A stretch of DNA of 61,911 nt. It comes from an uncultured Oscillospiraceae bacterium. Lineage in GTDB: Bacteria > Bacillota > Clostridia > Peptostreptococcales > Anaerovoracaceae. The translations under genes were made by a program, and so were the position numbers. The notes below the pieces were generated by a model, which worked only from the letters and a program-made list of their open reading frames with translations, was not told where the DNA came from and ran no database searches. Below are positions 51,036 to 59,975 of this stretch, piece after piece; position 1 is the stretch's first letter; every line of letters starts with the position of its first letter. The DNA is taken from assembly GCA_964619875.1 (NCBI GenBank), contig CAZUFU010000001.1, positions 1-61,911 of the forward strand, in the 5' to 3' direction.

Positions 51036-52409
51036 ATGTATAACATGAATCTTGAAAACATAAAAGACAAAAGAGTGCTGATAGTAGGTATGGGAAAGTC
51101 AGGCATAGCAGCAACTCAGGCTATGCTCAAACTGGGAGCCAATGTAACCATTCAGGACTCAAGAGAAAGAGAAAAAACTGATGCCCAGCTTCTTACCTTC
51201 CTGGAAGGAAAGAATGTGAATTGCTATTTCCATGAGATTCCGGAGCATGTGGCAGATTTTGATATGATAATTCTGAGCCCGGGAGTTGACCCGGAGCTGG
51301 ATTTTATAAAGGATGCAGAGGCCGATGGTGCAGAAATAGTAGGGGAACTGGAAATTGCCTACAGAATTGCCAGGGGAAACTTTGTGGCAATAACAGGAAC
51401 CAACGGCAAAACTACGACTACCACTCTGGTAGGAGAGATTTTCAGAAACTCCAGGAGAAAAACCCACGTTGTGGGCAATATCGGTGTTGCAGTTATCTCA
51501 AAGGCTCTGGAGGCGGACGAGGACGACTGGCTCATAACAGAGACCAGCAGCTTCCAGCTTCAAACCATAAAATACTTCAAGCCGGAGATTTCCGCTATTC
51601 TGAACCTTACTCCGGACCACCTGAACAGACATCACACCATGGAAGCCTACGGTGAAGCCAAGGCAAGGATTTTCGAAAACCAGGATGCGGCAGGATACTG
51701 TGTTGTAAACTACGACGATAAGCTGTGTTATGGTCTTACTGAGAACTGCAAAGCCAAGGTTGTTCCTTTCTCAAGGAAAGAGGAACTTGAATTCGGAGCT
51801 TTCCTGAAAGGCGATATGCTGGTGATAAAGAACGAGGCCGGCGAGCTGGTGGAGTTATGCAGCAGAAATGACCTGAGAATTATCGGTGACCACAACGTGG
51901 AAAACGCCCTGGCGGCGGCTGCAATATGCTATTTTGCAGGCATAGACAGGGAGACAATCGCAAAAACTCTGACAGAATTCGGCGGAGTAGAGCATAGAAT
52001 AGAGTATTCGGGAGAGATTAACGGCGTTAAATTCTACAACGATTCCAAAGGAACCAATGTGGATGCAACTGTTATAGCTCTTAAAGCGATAAAACAGAAC
52101 ATCATCCTCATAGCAGGAGGTGACGGAAAAGGTCAGAGCTTCGACGAGCTCATAAAGAACTTCGAAGGAAGGGTTAAACATATGATTCTGCTGGGACGTG
52201 ACGGCAGGCTTATTGCAGATGCTGCTGACAGACAGGGCTTTAAGGATTACACCTTTGCCAAGGATATGCCTGAATGTGTAAAGAAGGCTTTTGAAATGGC
52301 GGAGCCGGGAGATACTGTGCTTCTTTCACCGGCCTGTGCAAGCTGGGATATGTACGACAATTTCGAGCAGAGAGGCGACCATTTCAAGGAATGCGTCAGC
52401 AGGCTGTAA
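51036..52409 (+). CDS. murD: UDP-MurNAc-L-Ala--D-Glu ligase
   Basis: ITGTNGKTTTT, in dcw context. Confidence 0.95.
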   Translation: MYNMNLENIKDKRVLIVGMGKSGIAATQAMLKLGANVTIQDSREREKTDAQLLTFLEGKNVNCYFHEIPEHVADFDMIILSPGVDPELDFIKDAEADGAEIVGELEIAYRIARGNFVAITGTNGKTTTTTLVGEIFRNSRRKTHVVGNIGVAVISKALEADEDDWLITETSSFQLQTIKYFKPEISAILNLTPDHLNRHHTMEAYGEAKARIFENQDAAGYCVVNYDDKLCYGLTENCKAKVVPFSRKEELEFGAFLKGDMLVIKNEAGELVELCSRNDLRIIGDHNVENALAAAAICYFAGIDRETIAKTLTEFGGVEHRIEYSGEINGVKFYNDSKGTNVDATVIALKAIKQNIILIAGGDGKGQSFDELIKNFEGRVKHMILLGRDGRLIADAADRQGFKDYTFAKDMPECVKKAFEMAEPGDTVLLSPACASWDMYDNFEQRGDHFKECVSRL

Positions 52410-52448
52410 TTAAAGATTTTTGATAGATTAAAAGGCATTAAAGGGTTT

Positions 52449-53567
52449 ATGGAAAAAAAGACAGGTAAAAAACAACATACAGGTGATCTGTCCGTGGTGC
52501 TGCTTGTGACGATTCTGACCATCTTCGGAACCATCATGATTTTCAGCGCCAGCTATTACTATGCCATCAGCAACTTCGGTGATCCGTACCATTACCTGAT
52601 AAGGCAGCTCATCTGGCTGGCGGCAGGCTTTGTGGCCATGTGGATATGCTCTAAAATAGATTATCACTTCTGGGTGCGCTTCTGGCTCATAGCATATGTG
52701 GCAGGTATGGCGCTGCTGGTGCTGGTTCTTATTCCCGGCATCGGTTCGTCTGCCTACGGTGCGACCAGATGGATACAGCTTGGGCCTATAACCATAATGC
52801 CTGGAGAAATAGCCAAGGTAGGAATAATTCTGTTTATAACCGGATATTTTTCACGCCACCCGAAATGGGCCTCAGATATTAAAAAGGGCATAATACCTAT
52901 ATTGTTTGTCACAGTGATTTATGCAGGGCTCATCATGCTTCAGCCTAACATGTCTACGGCCTTTACCATATGCTTTATTGTAGGCGGCATGCTGCTGGTG
53001 GCAGGTGCTAAATGGATTCATCTGGGTACCCTGGCAGGAGGAGCAGTTGCCGCAGGCGTGCTGCTTATTCTGGTTGACACATCCGGTTACAGATATCAGC
53101 GATTTTTAAGCTTTCTTGACCCTTTTGAGGATCCGCTTGGATCAGGATGGAACGTTGTCCAGTCCCTTCTGGCCCTTGGAACCGGCGGACTGACAGGTCT
53201 TGGGCTGGGAAACAGTGTACAGAAGAATCTTTATCTGCCAATGCCGCAGAACGACTTTATTCTGGCTATAATAGGCGAGGAACTGGGATTTATCGGAATT
53301 CTGGGCCTTGTTATATTGTACCTGCTTCTGGTGTGGAGAGGGTGTCATATCGCTATTAATGCAAAGGACCTGACGGGTCTTCTTCTTGCTGCAGGCATTA
53401 CCATCATGGTAGGAGTGCAGGTAGTCATCAACATGGCGGTTGTGACCTCATCAATGCCGCCGACAGGTATTATTCTGCCTTTCGTAAGCTACGGAGGCAA
53501 TGCGCTGCTGATTTTTATGGCAGCAATGGGAATTCTGGTTAACATATCCAGATCTGCGGATATCTGA
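52449..53567 (+). CDS. ftsW: SEDS peptidoglycan polymerase FtsW/SpoVE
   Basis: 10-TM SEDS protein with the motifs QPNMSTA and PFVSYGG. Confidence 0.9.
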   Translation: MEKKTGKKQHTGDLSVVLLVTILTIFGTIMIFSASYYYAISNFGDPYHYLIRQLIWLAAGFVAMWICSKIDYHFWVRFWLIAYVAGMALLVLVLIPGIGSSAYGATRWIQLGPITIMPGEIAKVGIILFITGYFSRHPKWASDIKKGIIPILFVTVIYAGLIMLQPNMSTAFTICFIVGGMLLVAGAKWIHLGTLAGGAVAAGVLLILVDTSGYRYQRFLSFLDPFEDPLGSGWNVVQSLLALGTGGLTGLGLGNSVQKNLYLPMPQNDFILAIIGEELGFIGILGLVILYLLLVWRGCHIAINAKDLTGLLLAAGITIMVGVQVVINMAVVTSSMPPTGIILPFVSYGGNALLIFMAAMGILVNISRSADI

Positions 53568-53615
53568 TATAACGGCGCAGTGCCGGAGCTTTACAGGAAG
53601 GAATGCAGCTGACTT

Positions 53616-54731
53616 ATGAGAGTAATTGTAACCGGCGGAGGTACAGGCGGTCATATTTATCCCGCCATTGCCATCGCTGACAAATTTAAGGAAATGGATC
53701 CCGAAACGGCTATTCTCTATGTGGGAAACGATGAGGGAATAGAAAAGGACATTGTGCCGAAATCCGGCTATGAACTGGCACTTGTAGACGCAAGATGGCT
53801 TAACAAGTCAAATCTGTGGCAGCTGGTAAAGACGGGAGCCAGAGTGACTAAAGGGATACTGGAGGCCAATCATGTAATAAGAAAATTCAAGCCTGACGTG
53901 GTTATAGGCACGGGAGGCTATGTTTGCTTTCCTGTAATTGTGGCAGCCAGGATGTACGGAGCCAGGACATTTCTTCATGAACAGAACGCATATCCGGGTC
54001 TTGCCAACAGGACGCTGGAGAAACACGTGGACAGAGTTTTCCTCGGCTTTAAGGATGCGCAGAAATACTTTAAGGAACCGGGAAAATGCATAGAGGCTGG
54101 CAATCCCGTGAGAAAGAGTTTCTTTACTCTGGACCGTAGTGAGGCCAGAAAAAAACTGGGCTTTAAAGAGGATGACTTTATAGTATTTTCCTTTGGGGGA
54201 AGCCTGGGAGCAGAGAAGATAAACGAGGTGGCTTTCGAACTGATGCAGGTGTTAAACGGCCACGAAGGCGCGGCAATGGTCTTCGGCACAGGCAAGTGGT
54301 ACTATGATAAAATTATAGAGCAGGCCGCAGAACGAGGTATAGAAATAAAGGAGAATATCCGCATAAAGGATTACATAGAAGATATGGAAAACTACCTGGC
54401 AGCTTGTGACCTTGTCATCAGCCGGGCAGGTGCACTTTCCGTGGCGGAAACCACTGTATGCGGCAAGGCGTCGGTGCTTATTCCGTCCCCTAATGTAACG
54501 GGAAATCACCAGTACTATAATGCCAAGGCTGTGGCTGACAGGGGAGGCGCAGTTCTTATCGAGGAAAAGGATCTTACGGCGGAGGCACTCATAAGTCAGG
54601 TAATGAGACTTAAAAATAATCCTGAACAGCTAACGGAAATGGGAAGGGCAAGCAGAAGCTGTGCACCCGATAGAGCCCTTGACATCATATACAGTACGAT
54701 TATAGAAATAATGGAAAAAAAGGCAAAGTAA
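53616..54731 (+). CDS. murG: UDP-GlcNAc--undecaprenyl-PP-MurNAc-pentapeptide GlcNAc transferase
   Basis: GGGTGGHIYPA; GT28 fold. Confidence 0.95.
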   Translation: MRVIVTGGGTGGHIYPAIAIADKFKEMDPETAILYVGNDEGIEKDIVPKSGYELALVDARWLNKSNLWQLVKTGARVTKGILEANHVIRKFKPDVVIGTGGYVCFPVIVAARMYGARTFLHEQNAYPGLANRTLEKHVDRVFLGFKDAQKYFKEPGKCIEAGNPVRKSFFTLDRSEARKKLGFKEDDFIVFSFGGSLGAEKINEVAFELMQVLNGHEGAAMVFGTGKWYYDKIIEQAAERGIEIKENIRIKDYIEDMENYLAACDLVISRAGALSVAETTVCGKASVLIPSPNVTGNHQYYNAKAVADRGGAVLIEEKDLTAEALISQVMRLKNNPEQLTEMGRASRSCAPDRALDIIYSTIIEIMEKKAK

Positions 54732-54782
54732 CCTTAGACACGCCTCTCACATACTATGATGGTATAGTTGGGAGGTGTTTTT

Positions 54783-56066
54783 TTGGATTGCTACCATATA
54801 GAGGGAGGAGTTCCCTTGCGAGGAGAATATCGAGTAAAGGGGGCTAAAAATTCTGCACTGCCCATTCTTGCTGCAGCGGTGGCAAGACCGGGTATTCACG
54901 AGATACATGACTGCCCTCACATAGATGATGTTTTTGTCATGGAGGAGATTCTCAGGTCACTTGGGGCAGACACCTGCTTTGAAGGAAACTGTCTCAGGGC
55001 AGATACGCGGAATATGGACGGAACCGCGGTATCACGGGAAATCATGAGCAGAATGCGTTCTTCCGTATTTCTTATGGGAAGCCTTCTGGCAAGACAGGGC
55101 GAGGCTACTGTGCACAAGCCCGGAGGATGCCGCATAGGCAGGCGTCCCATCGACATACATATAGAAGGGCTCAGTCAGATGGGTTTCTGTGTTGAAAGCC
55201 GCGGTGAGGAAATAAGGTGCAGTGGAAGGTGCAGAGGCGGCAGGGTAAGGCTGACCTACCCAAGTGTGGGAGCTACGGAAAACCTTATGATGGCGGCTCT
55301 TTCAGGTGAGGATGAGACCGTTATAGAAAACTGCGCCTGTGAGCCGGAGATTGCAGATCTGCAGGGTTTTCTGCGAACTTGCGGTTTTGATGTGACGGGA
55401 GGCGGAACGAGCAGAATCGTCGTAAGAGGTTCCTGGCGGAGCATGCACAGACCGGGGAGAGCAGAACAGAGAGATACCATGTATTTTATTGTGGAGGACA
55501 GAATAGAAGCAGCCACTTATATGATGGCCGTACTGGCTTCAGGGGGAAGAGCAGTGCTTAGAAACATCAGAGCGGAGCTGCTTGAGGAGGTGCTGAGGGT
55601 ATTCCGGCGTATGGGGGTAATTATAAGAAGCTTCGACGATGTCATAGAAATAATTGCTCCTGAGAGGCTGAAAAGCCCGGGAATAGTGGTAACATCGCCT
55701 TTTCCGGGATTCCCCACAGACTGCCAGCCTCAGCTGATGACACTGTGCACCGCAGCAGGAGGACTCACCACCATACGGGAGGAAATTTTTGAAAGCCGTT
55801 TTACTCATAAAAAAGAACTGGCTAAAATGGGCGCAAATATTGATATCTGTGGAAAAAATGCTATAATTAAAGGGGGCATACCGCTCAAGGGTGCAGAAGT
55901 TACGGCTGCTGACCTGAGAGGAGGAGCTGCCTTGGTTATTGCCGGCCTTTCTGCGGGGGGCGAAACTACCGTCAAAGACATATATCACATAGACCGGGGT
56001 TATGAAAATTTAGATGAAGGACTGAGACAGCTGGGTGGATTAATTGAAAGAAGAACGTGCGATTAA
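54783..56066 (+). CDS. murA: UDP-N-acetylglucosamine 1-carboxyvinyltransferase
   Basis: VKGAKNSALP. The active-site Cys is in KPGGCRIGRRPID. The probable start is TTG 54783, 5 nt after GGGAGGTG. Confidence 0.9.
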   Translation: MDCYHIEGGVPLRGEYRVKGAKNSALPILAAAVARPGIHEIHDCPHIDDVFVMEEILRSLGADTCFEGNCLRADTRNMDGTAVSREIMSRMRSSVFLMGSLLARQGEATVHKPGGCRIGRRPIDIHIEGLSQMGFCVESRGEEIRCSGRCRGGRVRLTYPSVGATENLMMAALSGEDETVIENCACEPEIADLQGFLRTCGFDVTGGGTSRIVVRGSWRSMHRPGRAEQRDTMYFIVEDRIEAATYMMAVLASGGRAVLRNIRAELLEEVLRVFRRMGVIIRSFDDVIEIIAPERLKSPGIVVTSPFPGFPTDCQPQLMTLCTAAGGLTTIREEIFESRFTHKKELAKMGANIDICGKNAIIKGGIPLKGAEVTAADLRGGAALVIAGLSAGGETTVKDIYHIDRGYENLDEGLRQLGGLIERRTCD

Positions 56067-56793
56067 AAGAAAAAAGAGAAGAATAAAATTCGTTGTGAAG
56101 CTGGGGGTTTTTCTGCTCATCGCGGGAGCGGTGGTTTTCCTGCTCAAAGCCCCTTTCTTCAATGTGAAGAACTTCCGGGTGGAAGGGAACAGTTACTATA
56201 CCGATGAGGAAATTCTGGTCATGGGAAACTGCAAGACCGGAGGAAACATTTTTATCGGTATTGATACAGGAGATATCAGATCAAGGCTTGAGAAGGATGC
56301 ATATATGGCATCCGTTAAGGTGAAACGTATTCTGCCTGATACGATTAAAATCCAGCTTGACGAAAGAAAACAGACGGCGGCCATAGTCTACGGTGAGAAA
56401 TACGTGGTGGTTGACGGCGAAGGAGTTGTACTTCGTAAAACAGGTGTAATGCCTGAAATTACAGTACTCAAGGGTCTGACCATAAGCAAGCTTTCAGTAG
56501 GAGAGAAGGTGGAGACCGAAGAAAAGGTTCTACTGAGACAGACTCTTCAGATGCTCAGCGTCATGGAAAAGAGCAATATGTACTTCAAGACCATAGAACT
56601 TTCGGAGGGAGAAATAAAGGCCCATATCCTGGACAACCTTATCTGCCAGGGTACACCGGAGAACATTATGAAAGCCATGGAGAAGGACAGCCTTCAGCTG
56701 GTGGTACAGGAGCTTTTTGACAGAAAAATTGAGCGCGGAACCATTAAAATAAGCGGAGACAGGACGGTATCCTTTACTCCGAAAATTGATTAG
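56044..56793 (+). CDS. ftsQ: Cell division protein FtsQ/DivIB
   Basis: N-terminal TM helix, POTRA (FNVKNFRVEGNSYYTDEEI) and a beta domain. Overlaps murA by 23 nt. Confidence 0.85.
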   Translation: MKEERAIKRKKRRIKFVVKLGVFLLIAGAVVFLLKAPFFNVKNFRVEGNSYYTDEEILVMGNCKTGGNIFIGIDTGDIRSRLEKDAYMASVKVKRILPDTIKIQLDERKQTAAIVYGEKYVVVDGEGVVLRKTGVMPEITVLKGLTISKLSVGEKVETEEKVLLRQTLQMLSVMEKSNMYFKTIELSEGEIKAHILDNLICQGTPENIMKAMEKDSLQLVVQELFDRKIERGTIKISGDRTVSFTPKID

Positions 56794-56812
56794 GTTTTTA
56801 CTAAAAAAATGA

Positions 56813-56840
56813 TGCATTTAAATGCAATGTATGGTACAAT
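56813..56840 (+). promoter_or_regulatory. Candidate ftsZ promoter with a perfect 14-bp palindrome over the -35 region
   Basis: TGCATTTAAATGCA (56813-56826) and an extended -10 TGGTACAAT (56832-56840). Confidence 0.4.
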
Positions 56841-56879
56841 TAAGGATAATTGGGAACAATCGAGGAGGTAAGATTGAAA

Positions 56880-58037
56880 ATGCTGCAATTTGATACGAAT
56901 TTAGAGAAATCAGCAGTCATTAAAGTCGTAGGCGTAGGCGGCGGCGGATGCAATGCGGTAAACCGCATGGTGGAGGCCGAGCTTAAGGGCGTTGACTTTA
57001 TTGCTGTTAATACAGATAGACAGGCCCTCAACAGATGTGTGGCCGAAACCAAGGTTCAGATAGGAGAAAAGCTCACCAGAGGACTGGGAGCAGGTGCCAA
57101 TCCTGAAATAGGCCAGAAGGCTGCTGAGGAAACTTTGGACGAGATTACATCTCTTCTTGACGGAACCGATATGGTATTTATCACCGCCGGAATGGGCGGC
57201 GGCACCGGTACAGGAGCTGCTCCTATTATAGCTAAGGCGGCCAAGGATATGGGTATACTTACAGTGGGCGTTGTCACAAGACCGTTCTCATTTGAAGGAG
57301 CCAAGAGAAAGAAACAGGCAGACCTGGGAATCAACTTCCTGAAGAAATACGTTGACTCTCTGGTAATCGTTCCGAATGACAAGCTCCTTCAGAACTGCGA
57401 AAAAAACACTTCGATGATTCAGGCTTTCCAGATGGCTGACGATGTGCTCAGACAGGGCGTGCAGGGTATTTCAGACCTTATTTCGGACTTTGCTCTCATC
57501 AATGTGGACTTTGCCGATGTTAAGTCAGTTATGACAGACAGAGGAGTTGCTCATATGGGCGTAGGCAGAGGAACCGGCGAAAACAGAGCTAAGGATGCAG
57601 TAAAGAGTGCCATCGAGAGTCCGCTGCTTGAGACTACCATTGAAGGCGCCAAGGCTATTCTCCTTTATGTGGCAGGCGGATACGATCTGGGAATGCTGGA
57701 GGTAAGCGAAATCGCAAGTCTTGTTGAGGAACAGGCCGACAGAGACTGCATACTCATCTTCGGTGCGGCAGTAAACGAAGAAATGCAGGATGAGATAACA
57801 ATTACCGTTATTGCCACCGGCTTCGATGAAGGCCTTGAGGGTGCTGCAGGAGGCGGCAAGGCAGCCGCAGAAAAGCCTGCAGAAGAGAACCAGCAGAAGC
57901 AGGGACTGGGCGGATATGATGATGTTTTCGGCAGAGTTGAAGGCCTTGAAGGCAAGGAGGTTACACTTCAGGACATCCTTCAGAAGGAAGAAGAGGAAAA
58001 AGGAACTTCACGGTTTGAAATTCCGAGTTTTCTGTAG
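56880..58037 (+). CDS. ftsZ: Cell division GTPase FtsZ
   Basis: [13 protein letters not shown] and [13 protein letters not shown] follows GAGGAGG. Confidence 0.97.
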   Translation: MLQFDTNLEKSAVIKVVGVGGGGCNAVNRMVEAELKGVDFIAVNTDRQALNRCVAETKVQIGEKLTRGLGAGANPEIGQKAAEETLDEITSLLDGTDMVFITAGMGGGTGTGAAPIIAKAAKDMGILTVGVVTRPFSFEGAKRKKQADLGINFLKKYVDSLVIVPNDKLLQNCEKNTSMIQAFQMADDVLRQGVQGISDLISDFALINVDFADVKSVMTDRGVAHMGVGRGTGENRAKDAVKSAIESPLLETTIEGAKAILLYVAGGYDLGMLEVSEIASLVEEQADRDCILIFGAAVNEEMQDEITITVIATGFDEGLEGAAGGGKAAAEKPAEENQQKQGLGGYDDVFGRVEGLEGKEVTLQDILQKEEEEKGTSRFEIPSFL

Positions 58038-58047
58038 ATAATAAACC

Positions 58048-58072
58048 AAGCCGGCTTATTCGCCGGCTTTTG
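58048..58072 (+). terminator. Intrinsic terminator after ftsZ
   Basis: AAGCCGGC / GCCGGCTT stem followed by TTTG. Confidence 0.85.
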
Positions 58073-58114
58073 TGGTAATAGTGAAGCGAAAAAAACGAAA
58101 GGAGAAAGAGCCCT

Positions 58115-58885
58115 GTGAGGACCATAAGCTCTAAGGACAATAAAATATTCAGGCTTTGTCAGCAGCTTTCCCAAAAGAAATACAGGGATAAACTGGGGCT
58201 CTATCTCATTGAAGGTGAGAATCTTCTGGAGGAGGCCGTCAAGAACGGAGCAGAAATAAAGACCGTTCTGGCAAGACCTGATTACGGAGGCAGTTTCTTC
58301 GGCACAGAGGATAAAGCCTTTTTCCTTGACGATAATCTGTTCAGGCAGCTTGCTCAGACGGAGACAAGTCAGGGAATAATAGCAATAGTTGCAAAACCCG
58401 AAATTTCCCCGGCCCGATTTTTGGATGAAGGAGGCGGCGGGAATTTTGTCGTTTTAGACAGGCTGCAGGACCCGGGCAATATCGGCACGATTTTAAGGAC
58501 TGCCGACGCTGCGGGCTACAGGCTTGCAATAATTTTAAAGGGCACGGCTGACGTGTTCTCATCTAAGGTAGTAAGGGCGGCGACCGGTTCACTCTTTAGA
58601 ATGCCGGTTGTTTTCATGGACTCCGTAGATGAGCTGATGGAATTTACCAGGGCAGCCGGCAAAAAACTCGTAGCGACCTGTTTCGACACAGACCGTTACT
58701 ACTACGATGAGAACCTTAAGGAGAACATCGCTCTCATAATCGGAAATGAGGGGAACGGTATCTCCCGGGAACTTATCGAAGGCTCAGATGTGAAAATAAA
58801 GATTCCTATGCACGGAAATATCGAATCGCTTAACGCTTCCGTGGCAGCAGGGATTTTAATGTATGAGGCTGTAAGGCCCCAATAA
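58115..58885 (+). CDS. TrmH/SpoU-family RNA 2'-O-methyltransferase (YsgA/RlmB-like)
   Basis: LQDPGNIGTILRTADAAG, IIGNEGNGIS and ESLNASVAAGILMYE. GTG start. Confidence 0.85.
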   Translation: MRTISSKDNKIFRLCQQLSQKKYRDKLGLYLIEGENLLEEAVKNGAEIKTVLARPDYGGSFFGTEDKAFFLDDNLFRQLAQTETSQGIIAIVAKPEISPARFLDEGGGGNFVVLDRLQDPGNIGTILRTADAAGYRLAIILKGTADVFSSKVVRAATGSLFRMPVVFMDSVDELMEFTRAAGKKLVATCFDTDRYYYDENLKENIALIIGNEGNGISRELIEGSDVKIKIPMHGNIESLNASVAAGILMYEAVRPQ

Positions 58886-58910
58886 AATTCGGTAGAAAGG
58901 TTTAACGAAA

Positions 58911-59933
58911 ATGCAGGAAAGATTAAAGCAGATTTTAGAAGAATCAAAGAGACAGTTACAGGAAGCAGCCTCTGTTCAGGATGCCGAGGATGTCAGAGTA
59001 AAGGTTCTGGGCAAGAAGGGACAGCTGACAGAAATCCTTCGTTCCATGGGACAGCTTGCTCCTGAGGAAAGAAAGGAGCTTGGCCAGGCGGCAAACCAGG
59101 TTCGCTCCGAGGTGGAAAAGATGCTGGAGGAAACTTTTGAGAATCTTAAGAGTAAGGCAAGAGAGGCCAAGTTCAAGGCCGAAAAGATAGATGTTACAGA
59201 ACCGGGCAGATTGTACAAGCTGGGAACCAAGCATCCTGTAACCATTACCATTGAAGAAATTTCAAGAGTGTTCAAGTCCATGGGCTTTACCCTGACAGAG
59301 GGACCTGAGGTTGAAACCGTTTTTAACAACTTCGATGCTCTTAACGCAGGCCCTAATCATCCGGCCAGAGACTGGACAGACACTTTCTACGTAAATGATG
59401 ATGTGCTTCTGAGAACTCAGACTTCACCTGTACAGGTAAGGACTCTGATGAACCAGAAGCCTCCTATCAGGGTTTTTGCTCCGGGAAGATGCTTCCGCTG
59501 CGATACTCCTGATGCTACTCACTCACCTATGTTCCACCAGGTTGAAGGTCTCGTTGTAGATGAGGGAATCACTATGGCGGATCTTAAGGGAGTACTGGAC
59601 AGCTTCGCTAAGCAGATGTTCGGTCCTGAGGCGAGGACCAAGTTCAGACCGCATCACTTCCCGTTCACAGAACCGTCGGCAGAAATGGACGTTTCATGCT
59701 TCAAGTGCGGCGGAAAGGGCTGCAAAGTGTGCAAGGGCAGCGGCTGGATAGAAATTCTGGGCTGCGGAATGGTACATCCTAACGTACTTAAAGTGGGCGG
59801 AATCGACACAGAAAAGTACACAGGTTTCGCTTTCGGTATGGGCGTTGAAAGAATTGCAATGCTCAAGTACGGAATCGATGACATCAGACTGCTGTACGAA
59901 AATGATATGAGATTCATCGAGCAGTTCAAGTAG
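58911..59933 (+). CDS. pheS: Phenylalanine--tRNA ligase alpha subunit
   Basis: Class II motifs FRCDTPDATHSPMFHQVEG and GFAFGMGVERIAM. Confidence 0.97.
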   Translation: MQERLKQILEESKRQLQEAASVQDAEDVRVKVLGKKGQLTEILRSMGQLAPEERKELGQAANQVRSEVEKMLEETFENLKSKAREAKFKAEKIDVTEPGRLYKLGTKHPVTITIEEISRVFKSMGFTLTEGPEVETVFNNFDALNAGPNHPARDWTDTFYVNDDVLLRTQTSPVQVRTLMNQKPPIRVFAPGRCFRCDTPDATHSPMFHQVEGLVVDEGITMADLKGVLDSFAKQMFGPEARTKFRPHHFPFTEPSAEMDVSCFKCGGKGCKVCKGSGWIEILGCGMVHPNVLKVGGIDTEKYTGFAFGMGVERIAMLKYGIDDIRLLYENDMRFIEQFK

Positions 59934-59975
59934 CGAAATTGCCAATTATAGCAGGAAAAAGGAGACAAAACTGAA

